Of a stretch of 32,000 nt of DNA, positions 1-8,195 are shown in pieces. This DNA is from Archaeoglobus fulgidus DSM 4304 (GTDB lineage: Archaea; Halobacteriota; Archaeoglobi; Archaeoglobales; Archaeoglobaceae), in assembly GCF_000008665.1 (NCBI RefSeq), contig NC_000917.1, positions 720,001 to 752,000 on the forward strand, read 5' to 3'. How positions within the stretch are numbered: position 1 is the first letter of the stretch; each line of letters begins with the position of its first letter. Made by a program: the position numbers and the translations under genes. The notes beneath the pieces were generated by a model that searched no databases, was not told the origin of the DNA, and saw only the letters and a list, made by a program, of their open reading frames with translations.

Positions 1-1
1 G

Positions 2-46
2 CTCTTTGACCCTAAGAACATCCTCAATCCTGGAAAGGTGGTATAG
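2..46 (+). CDS. 3' end (partial) of an FAD-linked oxidase, D-lactate dehydrogenase/GlcD-like
   Basis: Frame 2 reads LFDPKNILNPGKVV*. This matches the conserved C-terminal tail of the GlcD/Dld FAD-oxidase family. The TAG at 44-46 overlaps the GTG of the next ORF by 1 nt. Confidence 0.55.
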   Translation, partial: LFDPKNILNPGKVV

Positions 47-333
47 TGGAGGTCAAAGAGATTCTTGAGGAGATTTCACGGTGCTCCTTTTGCGGATTTT
101 GCGAGATGTCCTGCCCCACAAGATTTCTCATTAAAAGAAACTACACGCCGAGAGGGAGAGTTAACACAATTTCCCTTTACCTGAAAGGTCTTGCAACAGA
201 GGAAAGTGTGAACGGTCTTTTTTCCTGTTTGGGATGCGGAGCTTGTGCTGCATTCTGCCCTGCAGGGATAAACATTCCCGAGGTTATTAGGTCATTCAGA
301 AAGTATATGTTGAAGCTGTCAGAGGTGAAGTGA
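46..333 (+). CDS. 2x[4Fe-4S] ferredoxin-domain protein, equivalent to the N-terminal module of a GlpC/GlcF-type Fe-S subunit
   Basis: Two CxxCxxCxxxCP motifs are present (CSFCGFCEMSCP and CLGCGACAAFCP). The start is GTG, preceded by AAGGTGG. The ORF ends at a TGA immediately followed in the same frame by the next ORF's ATG. Confidence 0.8.
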   Translation: MEVKEILEEISRCSFCGFCEMSCPTRFLIKRNYTPRGRVNTISLYLKGLATEESVNGLFSCLGCGACAAFCPAGINIPEVIRSFRKYMLKLSEVK

Positions 334-1236
334 ATGATCAAGCCTGAGTATGTAGTTAAGTTACTTTCGGAAAACATGAAGAAGACAAGAAACCCCCTCG
401 GAATAAAAAACGAGAAAACCAACAATTGGTGGAAGAAGGTTGAAATCAGCAAGGAAGGGGATTGGCTATTCTTCACCGGGATGCTCTACCAGCTAACGCC
501 CTATATCGAGGCCACTGTAAAATTCTTAGAGAAGATCGAAAACTCCAGACTTCAGGGACTGCTCACACTCTCCAAAGCATTTCCCGTCCCATTCTCACTG
601 CTGAAGGCGATTACCCCAAGAGAGGCCAGGGAAGAGGCTGAAACGATTCTGCAAAAAGTTTACTTTTTACTTGCAAAATCGGTTGACGTCTTCTACGCCC
701 CGCATCTCGACTTTTACAGCGGTATTCTGCTCTACGATTTCGGGCATGACGAAGCTTTTGCAGAACACGCGAAGTTTGTTTGCAAAAGGCTTGAATCCGC
801 AGGAATTGAAAAGATCGTTACCCCTGACCCCCACACAACCTACGCGCTGAAAGTTCTCTATCCGAAGTTTACGGGAGTGGAGTTTGATGTTAAAAGCTAC
901 ATTGAGCTGCTGAGCGATGCAAAAAGCCTGTTTAATGAGGAGTTCGTAATTCACGACCCGTGCTACTACGGCCGCTATCTCGAGCTATCGGACAGAGTGA
1001 GAGAAGTTCTCAACTGCGCTGGAGTCAAATACAGAGGCGTCAGGTATTCCGGAAGGCTGACAAACTGCTGCGGAGGTCCTGTGGAGGCTTTATCTCCGAA
1101 AATATCAAGAGAAATAGCGAGGTTAAGGGTGGAGGAGCTTGGAAATTCGCGAATAATAACATTCTGCCCCATCTGCCTTGCAAATCTGAGGAGAGCGGGT
1201 GGTAACGCCGTTGACTTCTCGATGGTGGTGGGATGA
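334..1236 (+). CDS. Cysteine-rich (CCG) domain protein, equivalent to the C-terminal module of GlpC/GlcF/LutA-type Fe-S oxidoreductase
   Basis: The C-terminal half carries HDPC...CCGGP...FCPIC, the canonical CCG-domain pattern. The first CCG-like repeat has lost its cysteines. The ATG directly abuts the upstream TGA. Confidence 0.8.
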   Translation: MIKPEYVVKLLSENMKKTRNPLGIKNEKTNNWWKKVEISKEGDWLFFTGMLYQLTPYIEATVKFLEKIENSRLQGLLTLSKAFPVPFSLLKAITPREAREEAETILQKVYFLLAKSVDVFYAPHLDFYSGILLYDFGHDEAFAEHAKFVCKRLESAGIEKIVTPDPHTTYALKVLYPKFTGVEFDVKSYIELLSDAKSLFNEEFVIHDPCYYGRYLELSDRVREVLNCAGVKYRGVRYSGRLTNCCGGPVEALSPKISREIARLRVEELGNSRIITFCPICLANLRRAGGNAVDFSMVVG

Positions 1237-1604
1237 AGATTGTAGAAGCTCTGAAGGCGAACGGAGTGGAGGTTATTATTACCGAGAAAGCTGATGTTCT
1301 GATAAAGAATTTTGAGAATGCTCACATAAGCTATGCGTTGAGTGCGGATGAAAAGACAGGAGTCATCTTTTTTGGAGGCTTCGAGGAAAAGATGAAGGCC
1401 GGACTTGCCGAGCACCATGTTGCGATTCTGAAGGAGGAGGACGTGAAAGAAAACATACTGCTGGCCTACGAACACGCTCGAAGAAAATCCGACGTTCTTT
1501 TTGCCTCAAGCAGTGCCTCAAAGACTGCGGACATTGAAGGAAAGACCGTCTTCGGCATGCACGGGCCGAGAAAGTTCACGGTAGTGCTGGTGGTGAGAAA
1601 GTGA
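1233..1604 (+). CDS. LUD-domain protein, short LutC/YkgG-like
   Basis: The C-terminal SSSASKTADIEGKTVFGMHGPRKFTVVLV resembles the LutC 'GpSrTaDIe...GvHGP' signature. An ATGA overlap links it to the upstream gene. At 123 aa it is shorter than typical LutC. Confidence 0.7.
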   Translation: MKIVEALKANGVEVIITEKADVLIKNFENAHISYALSADEKTGVIFFGGFEEKMKAGLAEHHVAILKEEDVKENILLAYEHARRKSDVLFASSSASKTADIEGKTVFGMHGPRKFTVVLVVRK

Positions 1605-2695
1605 ACATCTACGATGCTTTGCGGAGAAAATCCATAAAGGAGGGAATACTCAGGTCTCTAAGAAATCTGAGTGAGAACGTCAGAAGAAACGTCGAAAACC
1701 ACCCCTACCTTATCGACTTTGCCGAAGATGTGAAAAGCGCAAAACTGAAAGTTGCCGAGAACTACGATTTCTGGATCGATAAGGCCAAAGATGTGCTTGA
1801 GTCACGCGGAGTTAACGTTTACTATGCAGAGAGTGCTGAAGAAGCAAGGAAAATAGCGGGCAAAGTTGTTGGTGAGGGAAAGCTCGTCGTCAAGGCGAAG
1901 TCGATGGTTTCGGAGGAAATTCACCTGAGAGAGTGGCTGGAGAAGATCGGAAACGAGGTCTGGGAGACCGACTTAGGAGAGCTGATAGTTCAGGTTGCAG
2001 GAGATAAGCCGATGCACATGGTGATTCCGGCTCTACACTACTCGGAACAGGAAGTTGGGGAAATCCTGAAAAGGATTGGTGTTGAAGGAGAGAGTGCCGA
2101 GGTTCTGGCCAGAGAAGTCAGAAAGTTCATGAGGGAGAAGTTCCTTAAGGCCGATGTCGGTGTTTCGGGCTGCAACGCCTTCTCCGCAGAGACGGGAAGG
2201 ATATTTCTGATTGAGAATGAGGGTAACATCAGGCTGTCAACCTCCCTTCCGAAAACCTACCTCGCACTGGTCAGCATTGAAAAGATCCTGCCAACAGATG
2301 AGCTCTGTTTGAAATCAATCTGCGTGCAGTCTGCTTTTTTCGGCACGTTTCCGCCTGCATACATCAACGTTAACGAGAAGGTTCAGCAGCAGGACATGCA
2401 CGTCATACTCCTCGATAATGGCAGGAAAAACACGCAGTTCAGGGAGCAGCTCGCCTGCGTCAGATGCGGAAGGTGTCAACTCGAATGCCCGGTTTTCCAG
2501 CTTGCAGGGAACGTGTGGGGCGGAGAAGTTTACGGAGGGCCGATGGGGATGATTTGGAGCGCGATAACCGATGCTATAACTGACTACTGCTTCCTCTCGA
2601 CACTCTGCGGAAAGTGCAGGGAAGTCTGCCCGATGAAGATAGACATGCCGAGGATGATTAGGGAAATCAGGAAGCTCGCATTAAAGCTCGACTAA
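1601..2695 (+). CDS. LutB/YkgF-like lactate-utilisation iron-sulfur protein (LUD domain plus 2x4Fe-4S)
   Basis: C-terminal CVRCGRCQLECP and CGKCREVCP cluster motifs follow a LUD-type domain. The GTG start overlaps the upstream stop (GTGA). Confidence 0.8.
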   Translation: MNIYDALRRKSIKEGILRSLRNLSENVRRNVENHPYLIDFAEDVKSAKLKVAENYDFWIDKAKDVLESRGVNVYYAESAEEARKIAGKVVGEGKLVVKAKSMVSEEIHLREWLEKIGNEVWETDLGELIVQVAGDKPMHMVIPALHYSEQEVGEILKRIGVEGESAEVLAREVRKFMREKFLKADVGVSGCNAFSAETGRIFLIENEGNIRLSTSLPKTYLALVSIEKILPTDELCLKSICVQSAFFGTFPPAYINVNEKVQQQDMHVILLDNGRKNTQFREQLACVRCGRCQLECPVFQLAGNVWGGEVYGGPMGMIWSAITDAITDYCFLSTLCGKCREVCPMKIDMPRMIREIRKLALKLD

Positions 2696-2885
2696 TTAGC
2701 AAAATTTATTCCTCCATCTCCCTAACTGGTTCGGGACTGTAGTGCTTGGCAAGCTTCTCCAGAAAGTCCTCAAAGCTTATTTTGTCCAGCAATCCCCAGT
2801 CGAAGAGCTCCTCCCTGACCTCAATGTAATCTTTACGGACAGCCAAAATCCGCCAGATTTTTTAACAAGCCTTAGACGAAGGGGC

Positions 2886-3638
2886 ATGGAAGTTGAGTAT
2901 CCGGAAAGCGCAAAAATAATCTTTCCAAAACCCGAATACTGGTTCAGATGGGAGCAGAGGTACGTTTACGAGGATGTCGACAAGGGCGAGGTTTTCTTTC
3001 TCGACGGCTACGGAAAGCTGCACGAAGGTATTGGCAGCTATGAGGCGCAGGTTTTTCTGAACGAGAACAGAGAGGTTGTTTCAGTTTTCTACCAGCGTCT
3101 CGCCCCCTACGACACGAAATGGGAGAAGGACAGAGAAGGATGGACGTGGTTTCTGAAGGGCTCCGGGAAGCTTGTCTTCGATACTGAAATAGTCTCCTTC
3201 GACTACCCCCTCGTGCTCGGAAAAAGGTGGAGAAGCGAGGGTAGAATGGGGGCAATGACGGTGGAGTCGAGGGGTGTGGTTATAGCTTACATCTCACCTG
3301 ATGGAGAGGTTGAGGTTGCTGAGGGCTACAGCTACCAGCCACCAGTCAAGCCTCCAGAGCCGCTTGAGGCGCTGGACTTCATGGGGCTCGACGAGCTTCT
3401 TGAGGTCGGCAAAGCCACAACGACCTGGGATAAAGTGGTGATTCCGGATGGGCCGAGGAAGGGGGAGAACGTTCAGGGCTACTACGTCACGATGGTCGAA
3501 TATCTCCTCAACGGCTCCCTCGCAATGAAAATGGAAATATGGAAGGACGTAAGAGGGTGCGTTCCTGTGATAGCCTACCATCCCGCAGGAATGAGGACTG
3601 AAAGGCAGGTCCTGGTGGCGAGAAGCTGGTGCCTCTAA
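2886..3638 (+). CDS. Hypothetical protein (250 aa), no family recognised
   Basis: Long ORF with host-like codon use. I place the start at the first ATG (MEVEYPESAK...) rather than the track's GTG at 2742. The 48 upstream codons are Gln-rich and the opposite strand looks more coding there. Confidence 0.6.
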   Translation: MEVEYPESAKIIFPKPEYWFRWEQRYVYEDVDKGEVFFLDGYGKLHEGIGSYEAQVFLNENREVVSVFYQRLAPYDTKWEKDREGWTWFLKGSGKLVFDTEIVSFDYPLVLGKRWRSEGRMGAMTVESRGVVIAYISPDGEVEVAEGYSYQPPVKPPEPLEALDFMGLDELLEVGKATTTWDKVVIPDGPRKGENVQGYYVTMVEYLLNGSLAMKMEIWKDVRGCVPVIAYHPAGMRTERQVLVARSWCL

Positions 3639-3639
3639 A

Positions 3640-3651
3640 TTTTTTAAAAAA
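3640..3651. terminator. Bidirectional oligo-T terminator T6A6 between convergent genes
   Basis: TTTTTTAAAAAA sits in the 14-nt gap between the stop at 3636-3638 (+) and the serA stop at 3653-3655 (-). It presents a T6 run to both transcripts. Archaeal termination typically uses oligo-T. Confidence 0.5.
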
Positions 3652-3652
3652 G

Positions 3653-5236
3653 CTAAAGCTCGACGTAGGTTGCGTCGATTATTCCATCAAGCTTCGTCAT
3701 CTCCTCAAGCACCTCTGGCGTTGGCGGATCATCTACGAGCAGGAGCATAAGCTGAATTCCTCCCGGCTTGTCTCCGCTCCTCCCAACAATCATCCCCGCT
3801 ATGTTGATGTTGTTCCTGCCGAACAGCGTCCCCACTCTGCCGATGACACCGGGCTTGTCTTCGTGCAGGGAGATGATGTAGTGGCCCTTCGGGACGAAGT
3901 TGACATTGTAAACGTCAATTTTCAGGATTCTGTACTCGTTGCCGAAGCATGTGCCTGCGAGATACATCTCCTTTCCGTTGCTCTCAACCCAAACCTCCAG
4001 CAAGCTCTCGTAGTGCTCCACACTCTCAACCTTGCTTTCCTCAATGGTTATCCCCCTCTCAACTGCTACCGGCTTCGCTGAAACCAGATTTATCTCATTG
4101 CTGAGAATAGGCTCGAAAAGACCTTTGAGGAGCGCTCTCGTAACGAATTCGGTATTCTTGGTTGCAAGCTTTCCGCTGCAGGTCACCTTGACTTTTCTTA
4201 TTGCTCCCCCAAGCCTCACGCTCGCAATCTTCCCCATTTTCTCGGCCAGCGTCAGGAAAGGCATCATAAATTCGAAATCGGAGGGCTCAATGGAGGGCAG
4301 GTTGACTGCATTTCTAACAGGCAGACCCTTCGCCATGTTCACGATGTCCTCCGCAATTATCATCCCCACGTTGAGCTGAGCCTCTCTTGTTGATGCGGCG
4401 ATGTGAGGAGTTGTGACCACATTATCCAGCTTGAGAAGCGGGTTGTCTGGAGATGGCGGCTCCTTTTCGTAAACGTCGAGGGCAGCAGCCGCAACTTTTC
4501 CCGCCTTTATCGCCTCGTAAAGCGCTGCTTCATCGACAATTCCACCTCTGGCAGCGTTGACGACTATCACACCGTCCTTCATCTTTTCAAACTGCCCCTT
4601 TCCAATCAGACCGATGGTTTCCTTCGTTCTCGGAACGTGGACAGTTATGACATCCGATGATGCCAAGAGAGTGTCAAAGTCAACAAGCTTAACCCCAATC
4701 TGCTCGGCCCTCTCCTTGGACACGAAGGGGTCGTAGGCTAAAACGTTCATCTCTAGGGCCTTGCAGCGCTTTGCTACTTCAAAACCAACTCTGCCAAGCC
4801 CGATGACTCCAGCAGTCTTCCCCCTAAGCTCAATTCCCATGAATTTCTTCCTCTCCCACTTCCCCTCCTTGACGCTTCTGTCAGCCTGCGGGATTTTCCT
4901 GGCAGCGGCGAGCATTAGGGCGATTGCATGTTCAGCGGTTGAGATCGTGTTTCCTCCCGGAGCGTTAACAACAACTATTCCCCTCTGCGTTGCGGCGTTG
5001 ATGTCTATGTTGTCCACTCCAACTCCTGCTCTTCCGATAATCTTGAGGTTCTTAGCTGCCTGAATGACTTCAGCATCCACCTTGGTCTGGCTTCTAACGA
5101 CGATGGCCTCATACTTGGGCACTTCCCGAATAAGCTCCTCTCTCGACATTCCTGTTTTTACTTCAACCTCTAATCCGTTTTTGCGCATATAGTCGATGGC
5201 CTCTTCACTGATTGGCTCTGCAACAAGCACTTTCAT
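3653..5236 (-). CDS. serA: D-3-phosphoglycerate dehydrogenase, long form with C-terminal ACT domain
   Basis: Evidence is the 2-hydroxyacid dehydrogenase fold, the NAD motif GVIGLGRVGFEVA, the catalytic region TPHIAAST, and an ASB/ACT-like C-terminal region. Start set at ATG (MKVLVAEP), 3 codons inside the track's GTG, giving 527 aa. Confidence 0.95.
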   Translation of the reverse strand: MKVLVAEPISEEAIDYMRKNGLEVEVKTGMSREELIREVPKYEAIVVRSQTKVDAEVIQAAKNLKIIGRAGVGVDNIDINAATQRGIVVVNAPGGNTISTAEHAIALMLAAARKIPQADRSVKEGKWERKKFMGIELRGKTAGVIGLGRVGFEVAKRCKALEMNVLAYDPFVSKERAEQIGVKLVDFDTLLASSDVITVHVPRTKETIGLIGKGQFEKMKDGVIVVNAARGGIVDEAALYEAIKAGKVAAAALDVYEKEPPSPDNPLLKLDNVVTTPHIAASTREAQLNVGMIIAEDIVNMAKGLPVRNAVNLPSIEPSDFEFMMPFLTLAEKMGKIASVRLGGAIRKVKVTCSGKLATKNTEFVTRALLKGLFEPILSNEINLVSAKPVAVERGITIEESKVESVEHYESLLEVWVESNGKEMYLAGTCFGNEYRILKIDVYNVNFVPKGHYIISLHEDKPGVIGRVGTLFGRNNINIAGMIVGRSGDKPGGIQLMLLLVDDPPTPEVLEEMTKLDGIIDATYVEL

Positions 5237-5260
5237 ACCTCTCACGCTCAGGGGCAGAGC

Positions 5261-5288
5261 TAAAAACTTTTACGATAAAAACTTTTAC
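5261..5288. promoter_or_regulatory. Tandem 13-bp repeat TAAAAACTTTTAC x2 (5261-5273 and 5276-5288) in the divergent serA / NTPase promoter region
   Basis: Two exact copies at 15-bp period. Each copy is a quasi-palindromic A/T element (TAAAA-AC-TTTTA) lying 20-25 nt from one of the two divergent start codons. Confidence 0.45.
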
Positions 5289-5308
5289 TCGTCCACCAAT
5301 TTCAGGCT

Positions 5309-5806
5309 GTGAAAGTTGCGGTCACCGGAAGACCGGGAGTGGGGAAGACAACCCTGTGCCTTAAGGTGCACGAGTCGTTGAAGGACAAAATGACTGTAGG
5401 CGGGTTTATTACTAAAGAGGTTCGCAGGGATGGTGTTAGAGTTGGATTCAAGCTCGTTGATTTGAGCTCTGGCAATGAGGAGTGGCTTGCCAGAGTTGGT
5501 GAGGGAAAAGCAAGGGTTGGAAAGTATGCTGTTAACGTTGAGGGGCTTGAGGAGTTTCTGGATTCAGTGAGGACGGATGCTGATTTGGTAATCATTGACG
5601 AAGTGGGGCCAATGGAGCTCAAGAGCAGGAAGTTTGTGAGGTTCGTGGAAAATTTGATGGGGAGAGAAAGGCTGCTCTTCACCATTCACCTCAAATCAAG
5701 GCACAGACTGCTGGACAGAATCAGGAGAGAGTTCAAGGTTTACGTCATCGATGAAAGCAACAGAAACAGGATAGCTGAGGAGATAACCAGAATCTTAGAG
5801 GGGTAG
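5309..5806 (+). CDS. THEP1-family nucleoside-triphosphatase
   Basis: Walker A is GRPGVGKTT and Walker B is VIIDEVGPME. Size of about 165 aa and layout match the archaeal/Aquifex THEP1 NTPase family. GTG start. Confidence 0.85.
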   Translation: MKVAVTGRPGVGKTTLCLKVHESLKDKMTVGGFITKEVRRDGVRVGFKLVDLSSGNEEWLARVGEGKARVGKYAVNVEGLEEFLDSVRTDADLVIIDEVGPMELKSRKFVRFVENLMGRERLLFTIHLKSRHRLLDRIRREFKVYVIDESNRNRIAEEITRILEG

Positions 5807-5807
5807 G

Positions 5808-6857
5808 ATGGAGGTTGAGGAGGGAAGGGCGAGAGTTAAGGTTGAGGGAGTTTTTTACAACCCGAGGATGAGATTCTGCAGAGATCTGGACATGCTTGTT
5901 TTTGCAACAATGGACTCTAAGGAATACTTCGACGCCCTCTCAGCAAGCGGGATAAGGGGAATCAGGGCTGCGCTTGAGGCAGGGAAGAAAGCTGTTTTCA
6001 ACGACGTAAGCCCAAAGGCCGTGAAGGTTATAGAGGAGAATTTAAGGGAGAATGGCGTAAGTGGGGAGGTTATCAACGGCGATGCGGCAGCGGTGATGAG
6101 GCAGAGGGCCTTCGAGCACATAGACATCGACCCTTTCGGCTCTCCAGCCCCATTCATGGATTCAGCCTGCTTCTCTGCAAAGAGGTATCTGAGCGTTACC
6201 GCAACCGACACCGCTGCCCTTTGCGGGAGCGCCACAAACTCCGGCCTGAAAAAATACGGAGCATTCGCTGTGAAAACTGACGTTTACCATGAGGTAGGGC
6301 TGAGGATGCTGATTGGCTTTGTTGTGAGAGAGGCAACGAAATACGAGAAAGCTTTGTTTCCCCTCATATCTTGGGTGAGGGAGCACTACTACAGGGTTCA
6401 CTTCAAAATTAAGAAGTCCACAGCAATGTCGGCAAAGGTTTACGAGAAAATGGGCTACTTAGCTTACTGCAGCACCTGCCTGAGGAAAAAGGTGCTGGGA
6501 ATGGGTGAGGGGGCGGAGAGGTGTGAATGTGGTGGGAAATTCAGCCTAATCGGTCCAATCTGGCTGGGAGAGCTCAAGCAGAGGGATTTTGCTGAGAAGG
6601 TTGCAGAAAAGGCTGAGGGGAAGCTGAGAGCGTTTCTTGAAAAAATATTGGCTGAGATTGATGCTCCGACTGCCTACAGCCTCCCAGCGCTGGCAAAAAT
6701 CCACTCTCTCACTCTCCCACCGACCGATGTGGTTGTTGAGGAGCTCAAAAAGCTCGGCTACGAAGCTTCAAGGACGCACTACTGCGGTTTCTGTGTTAAG
6801 ACAGATGCGGACAGGGATGTGGTTGTAAAAATTTTAAGAAGTAGAAAAATTATTTAG
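5808..6857 (+). CDS. trm1: tRNA (guanine26-N2)-dimethyltransferase
   Basis: The N-terminal FYNPRMRFCRD motif, a SAM-methyltransferase core and the Cys cluster CSTC...CECGG are typical of Trm1. Confidence 0.9.
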   Translation: MEVEEGRARVKVEGVFYNPRMRFCRDLDMLVFATMDSKEYFDALSASGIRGIRAALEAGKKAVFNDVSPKAVKVIEENLRENGVSGEVINGDAAAVMRQRAFEHIDIDPFGSPAPFMDSACFSAKRYLSVTATDTAALCGSATNSGLKKYGAFAVKTDVYHEVGLRMLIGFVVREATKYEKALFPLISWVREHYYRVHFKIKKSTAMSAKVYEKMGYLAYCSTCLRKKVLGMGEGAERCECGGKFSLIGPIWLGELKQRDFAEKVAEKAEGKLRAFLEKILAEIDAPTAYSLPALAKIHSLTLPPTDVVVEELKKLGYEASRTHYCGFCVKTDADRDVVVKILRSRKII

Positions 6858-8106
6858 CAAAAATTCCCGGTGGGCATGCAAGGTATATACCCCTAACACC
6901 ATCCAGCTCAACAGCATCCCTTTTCTTCCCCTTGATCAAGTCCCAGACCCACTCGTAAACCCGATAGTTGTGGATGTTCTTTTCGTAAAACCACGGATAG
7001 GCAAGAATGGTGTGTTCTGTTCCGAGGGGTAGATATCTGAAGAAGTTGTGTCTGTGCATGGCCTTTATTTCGCATGCCTTATTCAGCAGCAAATCTCTGA
7101 ACTGCTCCTCAGTGTAGCCGTTGAAGAAAACCCCGATGGTGTAGTCCATCTGGTCCTCGTAGAGGGCAAACCTGCTGTCGGGGTAGTGGTCAAGGAAGTA
7201 GTCAACGAAGAAGATTGGGTCCCTGTCCCCAAGAAAATCTTGGGCATCATCAGGGAGATTATCGTAGGCTCCCCACGTTTCATTGAGAGTTTCAATACCA
7301 AACAACATTTGTATTGTAAAGTTGCTTTGGTTTACGTTTAATCCCGGCCCTGCATCGTCTATTGCCAAAATCGGCTTTCCAAAGATTTCTCTCGCATAGA
7401 AAGAGTGAACAATCGTTCCGTAACCTCCAGCACTTGAACCTGCAATGACAACCTTATCAAAGTCGCCCTGTTCAGCAGCCCACCTTATGGCTGTTATAGC
7501 GTTAACGAAGCCGACGTGGTGGACTGTGAAGTTAATTGAGCAATCCACTTGGCTGAGGTTGTAGGGGTTGTAGTAACAGTATTTCACTACCCTGTTCCCC
7601 CAGTGCACGTCGCCGGTCGAATAGGGAACGAAAACAATCGTCCAGTCCCTGAAGGGGTTGTCCGGATTCGCTCGGTCGAAGATGCCGTACCTGTAGTGGT
7701 AGCTTACCACCCATGGATTCGGATTCAGAGTGGTTACCGTGGCTGTTGGTGTGGCATTACAGCTCGCATGGTCAACGTACTGCCCCATTCCGCAGGTGTA
7801 GAAGTCGCTGCAAGCCCCACCCCCTTCGAGGTAAATCAGGATGTTGTTTGAAGAGCCTCTGCTCACCGCAATAAAAGTCGCATCACCAGTGCCGGATGTA
7901 CAGTTTGGATAGGGGAGGTACAAGAAGCTCCAGTTGATTCCATCAGACGGGTCATCCACCGGAATATCGCCCAGGTTGTCTATCGAAGAGACGTCGATTT
8001 CAAAAGGATTGGCGTGGTGCTCTTCCACAACTCTCGTCCCCGGCATCAATAACGCCTGCGCAGGAACAGCAAGCAGCAAAACCAGAATGCACAACCACCA
8101 GCGCAT
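6850..8106 (-). CDS. Secreted alpha/beta hydrolase of the pectin acetylesterase (PAE)/Notum-like family
   Basis: The signal peptide is MRWWLCILVLLLAVPAQA. Family motifs are LEGGGAC (7810-7830), GSSAGG (7423-7440), a DDAG Asp and a TEHT His. There are eight N-x-S/T sequons. The 3' end overlaps trm1 by 8 nt, tail to tail. Confidence 0.7.
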   Translation of the reverse strand: MRWWLCILVLLLAVPAQALLMPGTRVVEEHHANPFEIDVSSIDNLGDIPVDDPSDGINWSFLYLPYPNCTSGTGDATFIAVSRGSSNNILIYLEGGGACSDFYTCGMGQYVDHASCNATPTATVTTLNPNPWVVSYHYRYGIFDRANPDNPFRDWTIVFVPYSTGDVHWGNRVVKYCYYNPYNLSQVDCSINFTVHHVGFVNAITAIRWAAEQGDFDKVVIAGSSAGGYGTIVHSFYAREIFGKPILAIDDAGPGLNVNQSNFTIQMLFGIETLNETWGAYDNLPDDAQDFLGDRDPIFFVDYFLDHYPDSRFALYEDQMDYTIGVFFNGYTEEQFRDLLLNKACEIKAMHRHNFFRYLPLGTEHTILAYPWFYEKNIHNYRVYEWVWDLIKGKKRDAVELDGVRGIYLACPPGIFAK

Positions 8107-8195
8107 GTCTCAATTAAACATTACGAAAATATAATCTTTTCGGAGTTTTTATAAAAATGATAATAGTAATTGTTATTACCATGAAAAATAAGAAA

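Noticed and set aside
331-333. In-frame TGA between the ferredoxin and CCG modules as a selenocysteine codon
   Set aside because: No Cys/Sec-type catalytic context exists at a domain linker, and an ATG follows immediately, which fits termination-reinitiation. To my knowledge Archaeoglobus lacks Sec machinery. I cannot evaluate an archaeal 3'-UTR SECIS by eye.
2742-2885. The track's N-terminal extension (GTG start at 2742) of the 2886-3638 protein
   Set aside because: The extension is Gln-rich and atypical in composition, and the opposite strand looks more coding here. The first ATG at 2886 gives a sensible start.
3629-5063. Plus-strand ORFs inside serA (3629-4081, 4032-4379, 4403-4660, 4761-5063)
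   Set aside because: They are antisense shadows of a well-supported conserved gene. They have low-complexity Ser/Leu/Pro-rich translations and no start signals.
5302-8134. Antisense or alternative-frame ORFs within the NTPase, trm1 and esterase genes (for example 5302-5685, 5855-6235, 7048-7341, 7549-7851)
   Set aside because: They overlap stronger family-assignable ORFs. Their translations are low complexity, which is typical of GC-skewed shadow frames.
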